A DNA stretch of 64,000 nucleotides from Blastocystis sp. Blastoise (Eukaryota > Protista > Bigyra: Opalinata): the NCBI GenBank assembly GCA_039096225.1, contig JBBPEB010000033.1, positions 1 to 64,000 on the forward strand, written 5' to 3'. Position 1 is the first letter of the stretch, and each line of letters starts with the position of its first letter. Of the stretch, positions 34,216-54,113 are shown in pieces. The position numbers and the translations under genes were made by a program. Below the pieces are notes generated by a model that did no database searches, was not told the origin of the DNA, and saw nothing but the letters and a program-made list of their open reading frames with translations.

Positions 34216-35299
34216 TTTGATGTAACATAAGAACATATTATGTATATATATTAAAACAATGAAAATATATACTCTTAACCAGAATGTATTTAATACCTTC
34301 ACACACTATATATAATAATATTAATACACAATAGTGAATATCAATGTATATAATAGAAAAGAAAACTGGAACATAAAGTAAAGGATACCTATATTTATAT
34401 ATATATACAAGAAAATAAGGCTTAATATAATACAAAAACTAAATCATTCATAATCAATTATATATATATCCTTAATCCTATATATAATAAAAATGATATA
34501 AGTATAATAGTATAAACAAAAAGAAAATATAGTATACATAACAATAAGTGTATTATAAATATAACAAAATAAATAGAAAACTATATATAAAATGAGATAA
34601 ATAGAATACATATATATTATCATAGTGTATATACTAGTATAATTGAACAAAAGAGACCAAAAGAAGAGTTATTACTGTTACTACATATATATATATATAT
34701 ATAATTAACTATAAACAAATTATATTATAAAATGATAATACATAATATAGTTATAGAAAGATAAAGTGATATAAAAGAATTAAATAGAAGAATAGTTGAG
34801 ATAAAATTATATATACAAATAATATTACCTTTTGTGTCAATTTATAAAAAATGTATTATATATATAATAAGATAAAAAGACTATATACTTAAAAACTCAT
34901 GAGAAAAATAAAAGGATAACTGATATATTACTATATATAAGTCTATAAGTTTATATTTATATAATAAGTATATATAAAAGTATATATATAATATATTTAT
35001 ATATATCTTAAATACATAAAAATAATGTAGTAATAGAACTAAAGACCATCTATATATAGATAATTCTTCATTATTCTATTTATATATAACTTTGACTTTG
35101 ATAGATAATATATATATATATACAGTTTAAGAATAAACAATTGATATGAACTGATTTTAGTATATATTATCAACTTCCAAAATAAAACATATATCAATTT
35201 TCTAAAGAGTATATATTAGGTAAATATATCTGTGTATATGTTATATAGAGAGAAAAATGTATAAAATAATAATATAAAAAGAATACAATAAAAGTCTAT

Positions 35300-35398
<99 letters not shown>

Positions 35399-35926
35399 TT
35401 CTTCAACTAAAGCAACATTCGTATATTTATATAACACCTATATAATATATACATGTAATTACAGTTTTACTAGTTATGTTTTTATATAACTAATAAAACT
35501 ATAGAGACATGAATAACAGAAATATAAACAATAGGATATTATTAGTAATTATAGGTACATAATATAAATTATATAAAAAACATAAATAATTATTGTACGG
35601 AAAATAGAATAATATATAGAAATAATTTGAAACAATATACTACAATAAAACAATTACTTATATATAAAAACGATATACCTTAGATATAAAAATTGATGAC
35701 CATGAAGTTTATAACATAAGGGAAACGTCCCATTCTCTATATAAAAAATACTAGTTAATATATAAATATATATATATTAAGAAGTAATAGAAAATAATAT
35801 GCTAATAATTAAATATATATATAATATACCTAGTCACATAGTAGTATTGATGTAGAGAAGCTAATGAGTACATAGCTTAATAATACTATATATATGAATA
35901 AGAATAAAATATATCGAAAATAAATA

Positions 35927-35957
<31 letters not shown>

Positions 35958-38900
35958 AATAAAAGAATGATAATTAATAGTCCTATATAGAAAAATAATA
36001 TAATAAATTAATAAAATATTAAGAATTTATAAATAATATATATATATATAGATATTTGAACCATATATCAATGTTAGAACATCAGTTATAACAAAAATAA
36101 ATAACTATAATATATAAATTTAATTAAACAAATTTATATAATTTTAATAATAATAAAAATAAAAAAATATATACTTTTTAACCATATTCTTCTAGTATTT
36201 TTTTTTGTATATATGATTATATTAATTTACTCCATAAATCTATAGAATAGAAATAATTATTTAATATATTTATATACTTTTAAGGACTCGATAATTATTG
36301 TGCTGAAATCGAAAAGTTACAAAAATTCCATAACAATAATCACTCGCCATTTCTATATAATTAGATACAATATAGTATTAATAACATAAATATATACTTC
36401 TGATAAAAAATAAAATAATAAAAATCAAAAGAAGGACCTAAACACCAATTTTCTTAGTAGATGGAGACCAATTACTTTTTTCTTTTTAATAATCTCCTAA
36501 ATAATAATTAAATATAAAAATAAAATATGAAATAACATACAACTAGAACGGATACCAAGAATATTCTCAACAAGGAAATGCCCATCATTTCGTTTTCTTC
36601 CAATATTGAATAGTCAACGTCATCAGGCTCCCTAGATTATGTTTCCAAACCTATATACATAATATCACAAAATAAACACATACCTAAAAGAATGAGTCAC
36701 CAATTGGTCCATTATCTGTGCTCATTTCATTCCTAATCTATAATAATATGCATATAAAAATATAATATAAATATAAAGTGTAAAATAACCTTCTAAATAA
36801 ACAAATAATCCATATACTAATATTTAAAAAATATACTTCTTTCAGCAGTTCATTTAAGCTGATGCTGAATAAGACTTTCACGGATTGAAGTAATTCTAAA
36901 AAACTTTAAGAATAGGGACCATATCAAAAAAGACTTTTTATTCCATTATTTGAATCTCTAGAAATTATTTTTAAAACTCGTTCACTAAATCCCAAAACAG
37001 TTTTTATCAAAGAGGTTGGTTTAGCTATTTAGGCTGATTTATCGCTTTTTCCATCCTCAGAATGATTTCTCGTGACATTCAAATATTGATTTATTTCATA
37101 TATTGTCATTATAGACATATAAAATGAATCTATGTATGTTTTTTAGTTATAAATCTATATTTTGTATCATCTGCTGTCATCAAATATTTAATTTTATATA
37201 GTAATCAGTTGATCAATTGGTTGCTTATTGTTTACATATTCAAAACAAGCTTTATCTAGTTTCAAATCAACTGAAAAGGTCTTGGTGAACAATAAAGATG
37301 AATCTAAGGTATATAATTATTTTACATTTTCTCATCTTGTTTATTCTCTGTTATATCTATTTTATTTCTATGCTATTAGTACATCTCTATTATTATCATA
37401 GCGTTGTTATGTTGTTCTAACTTAAAAATATATTTTTTACAATTGAATTACTTTACTTTTCTATTTAGTTGTTTCTCTAATATATATATACTTTAATCTA
37501 TTTATTTTATTTATTTTATATAATTATTTAGTGAATCTTAACAAATCCAAGCATAACCAAAACAAATTGCAATGATTCAAGTTTTTATTAAGGTATATAT
37601 CTTTTAATAGTATAACTAATTTATTTTAACTGACTATTAATATATATTTGATATTCTTGTCTTAATAGTTATTATTATATTATTACTTTATTAATATTAT
37701 ATATTCTTTAGACTTATTGTACTTTTTATTAATTTTCTATAGAGAGTTTGGTCAGATAGTATTAATTTATGATTGAAGTTATCAGTTGCTATTCTCTTCT
37801 TTTATTCAGTTTACTATTCTTTTAAATATTATAATTATCTTGCTTATTGAACTTTATTCGCTTCTCTCTAGCACGTTCTTCTCTTAATATGCTATTTCTT
37901 CTTCATTCTTCATTCTAATTAACTTCTTACTCCATTTTTTTTTCTTCTTTTTCATATGGATATTAGTTCTTCCTTATTCATTTTCTTTAGTATTACTTCT
38001 TCACGAATTCTACTATTATTTTGTTGTCCTTTTTATTCTTCTTCTTCTTATCCCTTAATAATTCTTCTTCTTATCCTTATACTTATTCTTTCATTCTTCT
38101 ATCTTCTATCTTCTATCTTCTATCTTCTATTCTTTCATTCTTCTATTCTTTCATTCTTCTATCTTCTATCTTCTATCTTCTATCTTCTATCTTCTATCTT
38201 CTATCTTCTATCTTCTATCTTTATTATTTTTCTTTCATCTATACATCTTATTTTACTTATACTTCCTTTCTGCTTCTCATTCTCATTATAGATTTACTTC
38301 TTATTCTCATTGCTATTGCTATTTCTTCTTTTTCTTGTCCTTCTTGTCCTTCTTGTCCTTCTTCAATTTATTCTTAGTCTTATATTAGTCTTACTTCCTA
38401 TTTTTTTCTTATTTAGTCTCTTATTTTTTCTGTTATTCAGTTTCTCCTTATATCTCACTTTCTCCTTCTTGTTCCACGTCTCCTAATATTTTATTTTTTC
38501 TTTCTTATTTTTATTACTATCCACGTCCTACTTCTCCCTTTCCTTCATATGCTACTTTTTCCTTCTCCGTTGCCTTCTTCGTCTTATTCAAGTTTTTGTT
38601 CTACTTCCCATTCTTTTCTCATTGTAAATAACCATTTTATCTTCTGTTTCTCTTTCAATTCTTCTTCTTCTTCTTCTTCTTCTTCTTCTTCTTCTTCCTA
38701 TTTTCCTTCTTGTTCTTGTTCTCCAATTATTCTTCTTCTTCTACTTATTCTCATTCTATTTATCGTTGAATTTCGCTTTCTACTCCATATACTTATTCTC
38801 ATTCTATTTTGATTTTTTCTTCCTAGTTTTCATCTAATTCTACTTCTACTTCTTATTCCTGGTGTTATTCGTAGTTTCTTTTTAATTTCGTTCTCCTTAT

Positions 38901-41900
38901 TAATTCACTTTCTATTTCTGTCTACTACTTATTCACCTACTTCTTCTTATTTACCTTCTACTTTCTTTTTTCATTCTCGTTATCTTTCACAATCTACTTC
39001 TATGTCTACTTCTTCTTCTTATTATTATTCATTTCATATTCTTATTCACATTATCCTTTTAACTATTATTCTCCTTCTACTTCTACTTCATGTCATTTTT
39101 CTTCTTATTCTCCTTCTTCTTCTTCTTCTTCTTCTTCTTCTATACATTATATTATCATAGTCTTTCTCTCTATATTCTACTTCTAGTATACTTTTTACTC
39201 ATTTTTCTTTGTACATATTTCTTTGTTACTCTTATTCTTATTTTCAATAGTACTATTCTTTTTCTTCTAATTAGCCTAGTTTCTTTATCATATTTCTTCT
39301 TCTAATTGTTATTAGTATTATGATTCTATTCCTCCATCTTATTCTTATTTTACTTTTACTTCTGCTTAACATACTCCTTATTCTATTCTTTGTTTTTTTA
39401 TTCATCTTCTAATTCTTCTTCTTATCATTTTCCTTCTTCTTCCTGTTTTTGTTATAATTCTTCATCTTAGTTTTATTCAACTATTCTTATTTTCATTATT
39501 CACTCTTTCTCTTTCTCCTTGCACTTATTATTATTCTCCATCTTCTTCTTCTTCTCCTTTTTATTCTGTTTATTCTTCTTATTATTGCTATTCTTTCTAT
39601 TCTTGCTATTCTTATTTTTATTTATATTCTATTTCTTGTTTTTATTATATTATCTTTACACCTCTTTATCTTCTCCTCGTTAGTATTCTGATTTTTCAAC
39701 GACTTTTTATTTTCATTTTCATTCTCATTCTACTTCAAATTTTCATTTCTCTTCTCCTTCTCCTATATTCGTATCTTTTGTTGTTGCCCTTATACATATG
39801 GTTCTACTTATACTTATTGTTATCATTTTTATTCTCCTTCTCCTTCTCCTTCTCCTTCTATTTCCACTTCTAAGTCTAAGTCTATTTATACATCTCTTAT
39901 GCTTCTACTACTACTTTATTTGTCATGTTCTTATTCTTATCCTTATTCTTATTCTTATCCTTATCTAAATTCTTCTTATTTTACTTTCTTCTCCTTGCTT
40001 GTCTAGTTCTCTTTATTCTACTCGTATGCTTCCCTTTTTTTATTCTCCATATTCTTCTACTTTTACATGTTTTTTTTTCTCCAAATTAATCTCATTTTCC
40101 TTCTGCATTTCCTTTTAATTCTTATTATCTTTCTTTTTTCCTTCTACTTTTCCTTCTATTTATTCTGGTTTTCTTCTTCTTCTTCTTGTTCCCTATCTTT
40201 TCCTTCTTCTATATCATTTCTTCTCTCTATTCTCTTTTTCTTCTTCTTATTTGTATCGTCCTTCTCCTTGTTTTAATTCTTCTTGTTTTAATTCTTCTTG
40301 TTTTAATTCTTCTTGTTTTCATTCGTCTCCTTGTTTTCACTCTTCTCATTCTATTTCTTCTTTTTACAATTTCCATTCTTCTATTCTAATTCTAATTTTT
40401 CTTATTTTCATTCTGCTTCTTGTTATTCTTCATATACCTATTAATTTACTTCGAATTCTCCTTTTCATTCTATTTTTCATTATCAGGCTTATTATTGTTC
40501 TCCAACATATTTTTTCTTCAATCTCATTATCTCCTTCTGCTTCTACTTCTTATCTTCATTTTCCTCTCTCTTCCTTGTATTTCTACTTTTTCTTCTTATT
40601 CTTATTCTTATTCTTATTCTTATTCTTATTATCTTTCATATTTTACTTTTTCTTTTCATTCTCATTCTCATTCTCATTCTCTTTATTATACTTCTCCTTA
40701 TCTTGCTACTTCTACTTCTACTTCTACTTCTTATTCTCCTTCTATTTATATTAATTCTATCTCCTTTTCTTATTCTTCTTCTTATTTCACTTCTCATTCT
40801 TTTTCTTATTATTCTACTTCCTTTTCGTTTTCTTTATTCATCTCATGCTACTTCTTCTTCTTCTTCTTTTCACTTTTTTGTATCATTATTATTTTCATTC
40901 CTTTCTTATTTCAATTCTAGTTCTTTTACTTGTACTTCGTGTCCTTCAACTTCTTTTCCTTCGTGTTTTTATTCTTCTACTTGTAATTATAATTTTACTG
41001 TTACTTTTACTTGTACTTCTACTACTACTACTACTTACTCTTATTCTTCTAATTCTATTTCTACTACTACTACTATTTCTACTATTTATTATCATTATTA
41101 TTTTCATTCTACTTCTACTACTATTTACTCGTATTTTTCTACTTCTATTATACTTATATATCTACTACTATTTACTCTTATTCTTATACTTCTCATTCTA
41201 CTTGAACATCTACTCTTACTTATATTTATACATATACGTCCATTTCTACTTTTTCTTCTACTTCTAGTTCTAGTTGTACTTCCTAGTTTTCCTTCTTCTT
41301 GTTCTTACACTTCTGCTTCTACTACCACTACTTGCTATTTCTCCTTCTACTTTCAATTCTCCTTTTACTGTACTTGTACTACTATTAACTCTTATTCTTC
41401 AATTTGAGCTTCTCCTTTTTTTCTTCTACTTTTTCTTTTACTTTTTCTTCTAGTTCTACCATAGTTAGACTTCTTGTTTATCAACTTATTCTTCTACTTC
41501 TAGTTTATCAACTTATATTCATCATTTTACATCTACTTTTACTAATACAACTTCTTATTATTATTTTTCATATTATATTCTTTCAATTCTAATTCTTATT
41601 CCTATTCTTGTTCTACTTTTATTTTTTCTTCTATTTATACTTATACTTACATTTTATCGATTCTTATTCATATTCTCTTTCTGCTTCTTCTATTTATACT
41701 ATACTTATATCATTTATTCTCCTTTTTATTCTCTTATTTTCTTTATACTATACTTCTTCTATTTATACTTATACATATTATGCTTCTTCTTCTACTTCTC
41801 CTTCTCCTTCTAAGTATAAGTCTATTTATACTTCTACTATTACTTTCGCAGTCATATTCTTATTCTTATTCTGATTCTTCTCCAGATTCTTCTTTTTTTG

Positions 41901-42736
41901 CTTTTCTTCTACTTGTTCGCCTAGTTATTTTTATTCTATTTATACACTTCTCATTTCTCATTCTCCGTATTTATCTACTTTACATATTCTGTTTTATTCT
42001 AAATTCGTCTCATTTTGATTCTATTTCTTCTTCTACGTCTTATTTATATTCCTATTCTCTTTCTTATTTTCATTCTACTTTTCTTTCTGTAATTCTGTTC
42101 TTGCTCTAATTCTTCTTCTACTTTATCTTCTTCTTCTCCTTATTTCCTATCTTCTCTTTCTTCTATATCATTTTTTAGTCTATATTATGTCTTTCTTGTT
42201 ATTCTTTTTATTTGAAGTATCCTTCTTTTTCTTATTTTCATTCCTGTTCTTGTTCTCATTCTTCTTATTATATTTCTTCTTTTTTACAATTCTTTTTCTC
42301 CTCACTGTAAATCAAATTTTTCTCGTTTTCCTTCTGCTTTTTCTTTTTGTGATTCTTATTTTAATTCACATTATCCTTTTCCTTCTATTTCTCTTTATCT
42401 TTCTTATTATCGTCATTCCTATTCTTTTTCAACATTACCTTCTCCTTCTGCTTGTACTTCTTTTTTTCATTTTCCTTATACTCCTCCTTGTACTTCTAAT
42501 TATCTTTCTTATTCTTATTCCTATTATCTTTCAATTCTTTCTTTTTTCTTTTATTCTCAATCTTTTTATTATATTTCTCATTGTTTTTTTTCTTCTTCTT
42601 CTATTTATACTTGTTAAAGTTTTCTACTTCTTATTATTCTTTTACTTCTCATTCTATTTCTCAAGATTTTACTCCTTATTACATTTCTTTATTCATCTCA
42701 TTTTCCTAATTCTTCTTCTTCTTCTTCTTCTTCTTC

Positions 42737-42789
<53 letters not shown>

Positions 42790-44886
42790 TTTGTTGCTAT
42801 TTCTCCTCATTATTATTTCTTCTTCTTCTTCTTATACATTTCCTTCTTTTCCTTCAGCTTCTTTCATTTTTTCCTTTATTCTTATATTTCTACTTGTACT
42901 TCTACTCATATTTCTACGACTATTACTTACTCTATTCTTTTTTTTCAATTTTAACTTCTACACTACTGCTAATACTACTACTAATACAACTACTTATTTT
43001 TCCACTTATACTTCTACTTGTACTTCTACTCCTATTCATACTTTTACTTCTACTACTTCTTATGCTATACATCCACTTCTATCACTACTACTACTTTTTC
43101 TTCTTATTTTACTTGCACTTATGTTTCTCCTTGTTCTTCTATTTCCCTTTCTTCTTATTCTTGTTTTCATTCCCATTAGCATTATTGCCATTCTTCTATT
43201 TCTTATTCTCATTCATTTTTTTATTATTAATATTATTTCTTCTTCTCCTACTTCTTTCGTTTTGTTTCTTCTATTTTGTCTCTTTCTTTTCTATATTCTC
43301 TTTCTCTTCCTTCTTCTTTTTATGTTTCTCCTTTTCTAATTTTTCTTTTCATTCTTCTTCTATTGATTTTCCTTTTCCTTTTCCTTTTCCTTCTCCTTCT
43401 ACACTATCTCTACTTTTGTTTCTACTACTATACTTTTATTTCTTTTTCTTTCCTTTTACTTCAACTTATACGTCTACTTCTCTATCTCCTTTTCATATTC
43501 TTCTCTCATTCTTCTTATATTTATTTTTTACTTTTAGTTTTTACTTATACTTCTCATCATTCTAGTCCTTCTTCTATTTTTCCTTCTCCTTCTTCTTCTT
43601 TTCCTTCTTCTTTTCCTTCTCTTTTTCTTCCTTCTCCTTTTTCTCCTTCTTCTCTTGTTCCTTCTTGTCCTTCTTCTATTATCTTTCTTCTTGTCCTTCT
43701 TCTATTTGTACTTCTTGTTCTTCTTGTCATTCCTATTCTTCTTCTTCTCATTCTTCTTATCATTTTCTTTCTCTTTCTGTTTCTTCTTCGCTTTATAATT
43801 TCACTTTTCCTTCTTCTTCTTCTCTTTCTTTTTTCCTTCATTTTTTCTCGTTTTTCTATTTCCTCTCCTCATTCTCTTTGTCATTCTTATTTTCTTATCC
43901 TTATCCTTCTTCTTCTCCTTCTTATCTTTCTCTTTCCTATTCTCCTTTTTATTCATATTTCGCTCCTCTCCTTCTATTCTCTTTTGAGTCTCTTCTTTTT
44001 CCACTATTTTTCTCATATTTCTTCTTCTATACCCACATATTATCCCTTCTTCGTCTTCTTTTTCTATATTATCCTTATACTTCTACTTCTAATCATTCTC
44101 ATTCTACTTATTCTTATCTTCTACTGATGTTTTTTTTTTTTTTTTTTTTTTCTTCTTCTTCTTCTTGTCCTTTATCTTGTCCTGCTCCTTCTCCTTCTAC
44201 TTCTTCTTGTCCTTGTCCTTGCCCTTGTCCTTGTCCTTCTTCTTGTCCTTGTCCTTGTCCTTCTTCTTGTCCTTGTCCTTGTCCTTGCCCTTGTCCTTGT
44301 CCTTCTTCTTGTCCTTGTCCTTGTCCTTCTCCCTCATCTTATTCTTCTTCTTCTTCTTCTTGTCCTTCTCACTCGTCTTATTCTTATTCTTCTTCTTCGC
44401 CTTATCATTGTCCTTCTCCATCGTCTTATTCTTGTCCTTGTCCTTGTCCTTGTCCTTGTCCTTGTCCTTCTATATCTCCTTGTCCTTCTACTTCTACTTT
44501 TTCTCTTTCTCATTTTACTTGTGATGCTACTTTTTTATCAACTTCTATTATCATTCTTCATTTACGTATATTACTACCACTTCTTATTATAATTTTCCTA
44601 TTCCTATTATTCTAAGAATCGTTTTTTTCATTCAATTGAAGTTGAATTCTCATTTTTTAAAACGCTATACACAATATTTGATATATAGAATTATATATAT
44701 ATTGATATATAAAAGAATAAATAGAATTGTGTATATATGTTACTTTTATTAGTATGAAGAATAACATATATAGAAAAATATATATTATATATATATTGAA
44801 TATATATATATACTTAATCGGATATATTAGAATTCTATATATAGATATAAATAAGCATATGTATAGAATGCTATATATATATATAT

Positions 44887-44921
<35 letters not shown>

Positions 44922-46557
44922 TGTATATGTATATAGAATAGATATACATATGTATTGAATAGTATACATGTATACATATATATATAAATTTATATATATT
45001 AAATATTGTGTATAAAATAGAAAATCTAATATATTAATATATTTATGTAGAATCATGTAATACATATATATATATTCTTGATTAAAAATATTAATAGTTC
45101 ATATGATATGTCTAATTTGTTTTCTTTTATTCTTTCTTTTAGCACTATATATTGTTTAGTATTATCTTTTAAATCATTTAATTTATTTTTAACATTTTTT
45201 AACAACTTATAATCTATTTTTTGCTTTTTGTTTCATTTGATATATAATATATACAAACGATTGCATTTCTATAAATATGTTAATATAAGAATATAATTTA
45301 TTTATTTAAGTTTGCTCAGAAGAGTCGTGACAACAATATCTTTTGACTACCCATCCAGAAACATCATCACCTTGGAAATGGAACATAAACGGGTAATTTG
45401 AAATGTAACATCTGTAAGCAAGTCTTCTTTTTTGGGGTTTTTTGTTTTTTTATTCGATACCCTAGCTTTTACATATATAGTAAAACTACATTTTCTAGTT
45501 GAAACTTTTTACATACATAATTTTGACTCCATATGTTTTTACAGTCTCAAATTTTGTTATTTATTTACTATCTTTAAACTTATGATAGTTCACCTTAATC
45601 AAACCAAAACATATTTCAACTTCTGGTTGTGGCTGAACTGAATCAGTTACCAAATTATAACATAAAAATAATTAACATGAATTTAATATTGATTTACAGA
45701 TATCTTTGTTGTTAAATATGCAGTAATTAAAGCTTTAATCGTCTAAATATGTCAAAATTAAAATAAAGTATATTCTTGTGATTCTGGACAACAAATTTCA
45801 TTTTTATAGTGATTAATTAATGAAAAATCATGAGAACTTACGTTGTAGTTTTTAAAAGCTTTATTCGAGAGCAATACAATATATTATTACACTATAAATG
45901 ACACTAATCAGTCGATATAAGTGTCTGCAGTATTTATACTATCCTTAATCCAAAAATTTGAGATAATTATATTTAATTTGTAAATAAAAATGCTTATCTT
46001 AAATTAAATAACTACTTTTCTAAATTATTATAATAATCTATTAAAATATTTCTTATGTTTTAATTACTACAAAATTTTTATGTAAGCTTTAATAAAGAAA
46101 ATATAAATATATTCTTGAGTATATTTTTTCTAATAATGACAAAAGAAATAAAAAGAATTTTAATTGGTTTATAAGAATTTGTGTTTTCAAACCACCAATC
46201 GTTTAGAGTCTAAAATAAACAGTTGGGTATTTCTACCAATTTTGTAAAAATTTTGGGTATTTTAACAAAAATTTTGAAAGATTTTGGGTATTTCTAACAA
46301 TTCGATTTTTTTTTGGGCAGGTTAAAATAATTATGGTTTTTTTGGGTATTTCTAACAATGCCTCTAATTAGATTCTTATATATTCTAACCTTATATTTCT
46401 TTTTAACTTTCAAAACACAATTATATAGGAATATATGTGGAGTCCTAAGGTGGACCAATTAAAAGCTACAAATTATATCTTAAGAAATAATAAAACAACC
46501 ATTGAAAACCTCAAAATTTGTTATGACGAAGTTAAAAATACAATTAATAAACACTAA
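22804..46557 (+). CDS. Unknown 225-aa protein, head-to-head with the CACTA transposase; last intron interrupted by the 22.9-kb MULE
   Basis: Exons 22804-22808, 22853-23078, 23116-23433 and 46429-46557 splice in frame (678 nt; MVNTITLSKAEIQKVRKFKMMIMHAVKEFYYSIRFPG...KNDIF|EYMWSPKVDQ...INKH*). The empty-site intron would be 98 nt with a CTAAC branch-like site at 46385. Confidence 0.65.
24782..24847 (-). ncRNA. tRNA-like cloverleaf, copy A
   Basis: Minus strand: CTTATG CTC-TATAAGGT-GAG AG GCTATC-ATAATTA-GATAGC AA TCAGG-TTCAACT-CCTGA CATAAG. Confidence 0.75.
25000..27211. repeat. Purine/pyrimidine-asymmetric low-complexity tract (GAA-rich on +, TTC-rich on -)
   Basis: GAA/AGA/GGA-dominated; the purine strand has stops in all frames. 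The minus-strand tract begins at acceptor (TA)nG|G at 27212. Confidence 0.85.
27211..28400 (-). pseudogene. Spliced unit without an intact ORF inside the MULE, upstream of the TTC-rich exon
   Basis: Minus-strand TATATAG acceptors (27975, 27885, 27213) and GTAT donors. The longest exon gives only about 49 codons (MVKLDDQLLSYGYKWDD...) before a stop. Confidence 0.45.
28700..28910 (+). repeat. Subterminal tandem repeats (3 x about 70 bp) of the CACTA element
   Basis: Unit CTG(T/A)CAAAAGGT...TTTGGTTTCC(C)AGTGGTG(G)AGCAGTGAAA repeated three times. Confidence 0.9.
29200..31990 (-). pseudogene. Two small spliced units without intact ORFs carried by the CACTA element
   Basis: Minus-strand acceptors at 29753, 29652 and 29473 and donor at 29425. 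A second unit at about 31960-31230 has intron 31540-31496 followed by a TTC-rich exon. Confidence 0.4.
33429..33496 (-). ncRNA. tRNA-like cloverleaf, copy B
   Basis: Minus strand: CCTTAGA CTGA-ATATGG-TCAG TATCAATC-ATTAATA-GATTGTTA TCAGG-TTCAATT-CCTGA TCTAAGG. Confidence 0.78.
33600..36960 (-). pseudogene. Multi-exon decayed gene or spliced non-coding unit inside the MULE
   Basis: Regular minus-strand GTAT...TAG introns bounding exons such as 36651-36541 and 36496-36398. The exons translated contain in-frame stops. Confidence 0.45.
37120..44610 (+). other. Spliced + strand unit ending in an approximately 6.9-kb TTC-rich low-complexity tract
   Basis: Introns at about 37134-37201, from donor 37309, and 37593-37742. 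The pyrimidine-rich tract starts shortly after the acceptor at 37742 and includes (TTCTATC)n at 38090-38220 and (TTGTCC)n at 44165-44490. No credible ORF. Confidence 0.5.
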
Positions 46558-48226
46558 GAAGCTTTTTGATTCGCTTATTTTAAAGAATATTCTATTCTTT
46601 TCTTTGTTTTTCTAATTTTTTAATAATTGAATCTTTATATATTTAATTTAATTACATTTTTGTTTAGTTTATTATAGTATAGAATATCTTTATAATACTA
46701 GAAATGATGATTTATATAGTTTACTGAGACAACAGTATTCTATTATTATTTATTTTCATGCTATTTTAAATATTTTTTTATTATATATAGATATAATAAG
46801 TATAAAAGCATAATTATCCAGTTCAATAAGAACATACGAGATGATTTTCTAGTTTTAATTTTTGTTTAATATATTTTTATTCATAATAAAGTATGTATAT
46901 TATAAATACATTTTCATTCTTTTCTATAATAATTTTTCTATATCTTTTATAGTCATTTGGTTCAATCTATGCAATAATAGGTATCTATATAATTATATTC
47001 AACTCATTTTTATAGTAAAATAGATTTCATAAAAGTTTTCTTCCATTTTATGAATTGTATGTAAATAGTTATTCTTATTTTATTATCTTTTTTTATAGTA
47101 ATATATTATTAATCACTATACAAAAACTACAGAAGAAGTATATATTTTATTTATTTATTATTCTTTTATAATTACTTTGAATGATTATAGTTTATGATTT
47201 TTTATATAGGTTTTAAATGATTAAAATAATATTGAATGAACATAATAAAGTTATAAATATTAATATTGTATATCTATAAACTCATTTTGTTAATGAATTA
47301 GTCACAATTCATTTTTATTTTGTTGTTTTGTTTGTTTTTGTATAATTCAGTAAAATAATAATAATAAAAAGGCAACAATTGTAACAATAGACATATTAAT
47401 ATAATAAAAAAAGAAAGTATTAAACAATATAATGAATAACCCAAAACATACAAAAAGTAACTCTTTATTTCAATTTTTCTGAAACAAAATCAGAATATTT
47501 CAGATAGGGGTCTATCTATGTTATTGCTGAATTATTCTTAAAACGTAATCAGGTAAAGTTTCTCATAGCTTGGAATATTTTTACCACGATTATGCCTACC
47601 GGTGAAAAGTCAATTGCTTAATATATTTTTTTTGTATGTTATGATAAAGAGTTTTATTTATGTTTGTAATCAAAAAAAATTCAATAAATGCAAAAATAAT
47701 AATATATAATATAATAATCACTATGAGGCAGGGTGGCCTATTTAAGAGTTTTGGTTGGTTAATTTTTAAAATAGTCCAATAATTTTTCTTTAAAAATTTG
47801 ACCTTCTAAAAAAGTGGTTTAGAGAAGGAATTTTTCTAAAAAACAAGAAAAAATAATTCTAAGTCGATATTTTTTTTCTATTTTTCTTTATTCTTCTCAT
47901 ATAGAGTTAATATGAGGTTTTTGACTTTATATTTAGTCAAAATAGTCTTTATTTGACAAACAGAGCTGCTTTTTAGGTTTGTTTTCTTAACATTAGTGGT
48001 TTGGAAATGTTGACTTATTTTCAATAAAAGGTTGTCAAGAGGTATTCAGTAGACTATTTAAACTTATAATATAAATGAAAAAACTTGTTTTATGATGTTT
48101 ATAAAAAAAGTCAAAAACAAAAATTCAGACAGTCAAATTTTGTAATACACGGTAATTTTTTTCATTTCAAAAAAAAAGCAAATTTGAAAGTGGGTCTTTT
48201 ATTTACTTTTAATACTGAACTTAATA

Positions 48227-54113
<5,887 letters not shown>

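Larger units (their letters stand above)
23477..46364. mobile_element. Giant (22,888 bp) non-autonomous Mutator-like element with modular, Foldback-like ends
   Basis: 9-bp TSD TAATTAGAT (23468-23476, 46365-46373). Left end reads GGAAAAA-TGTTAGAAATACCCA; the reverse complement of the right end reads GAGGCAT-TGTTAGAAATACCCA. The core repeats at about 30-bp spacing (3 copies left, 4-5 right). The flanks rejoin a host intron. No transposase ORF recognised inside. Confidence 0.85.

Noticed and set aside
37956-44615. Hydrophobic 'membrane protein' ORFs and minus-strand KD/RE-rich ORFs
   Set aside because: Simple-sequence artefacts. The purine strand is interrupted by stops in all frames, although a long-decayed charged protein cannot be fully excluded.
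47320-47342. TGTTTGTT as a Blastocystis-type polyadenylation/stop-creating signal
   Set aside because: Not positioned at the end of any stop-less ORF I could reconstruct; the reconstructed genes have encoded stops.
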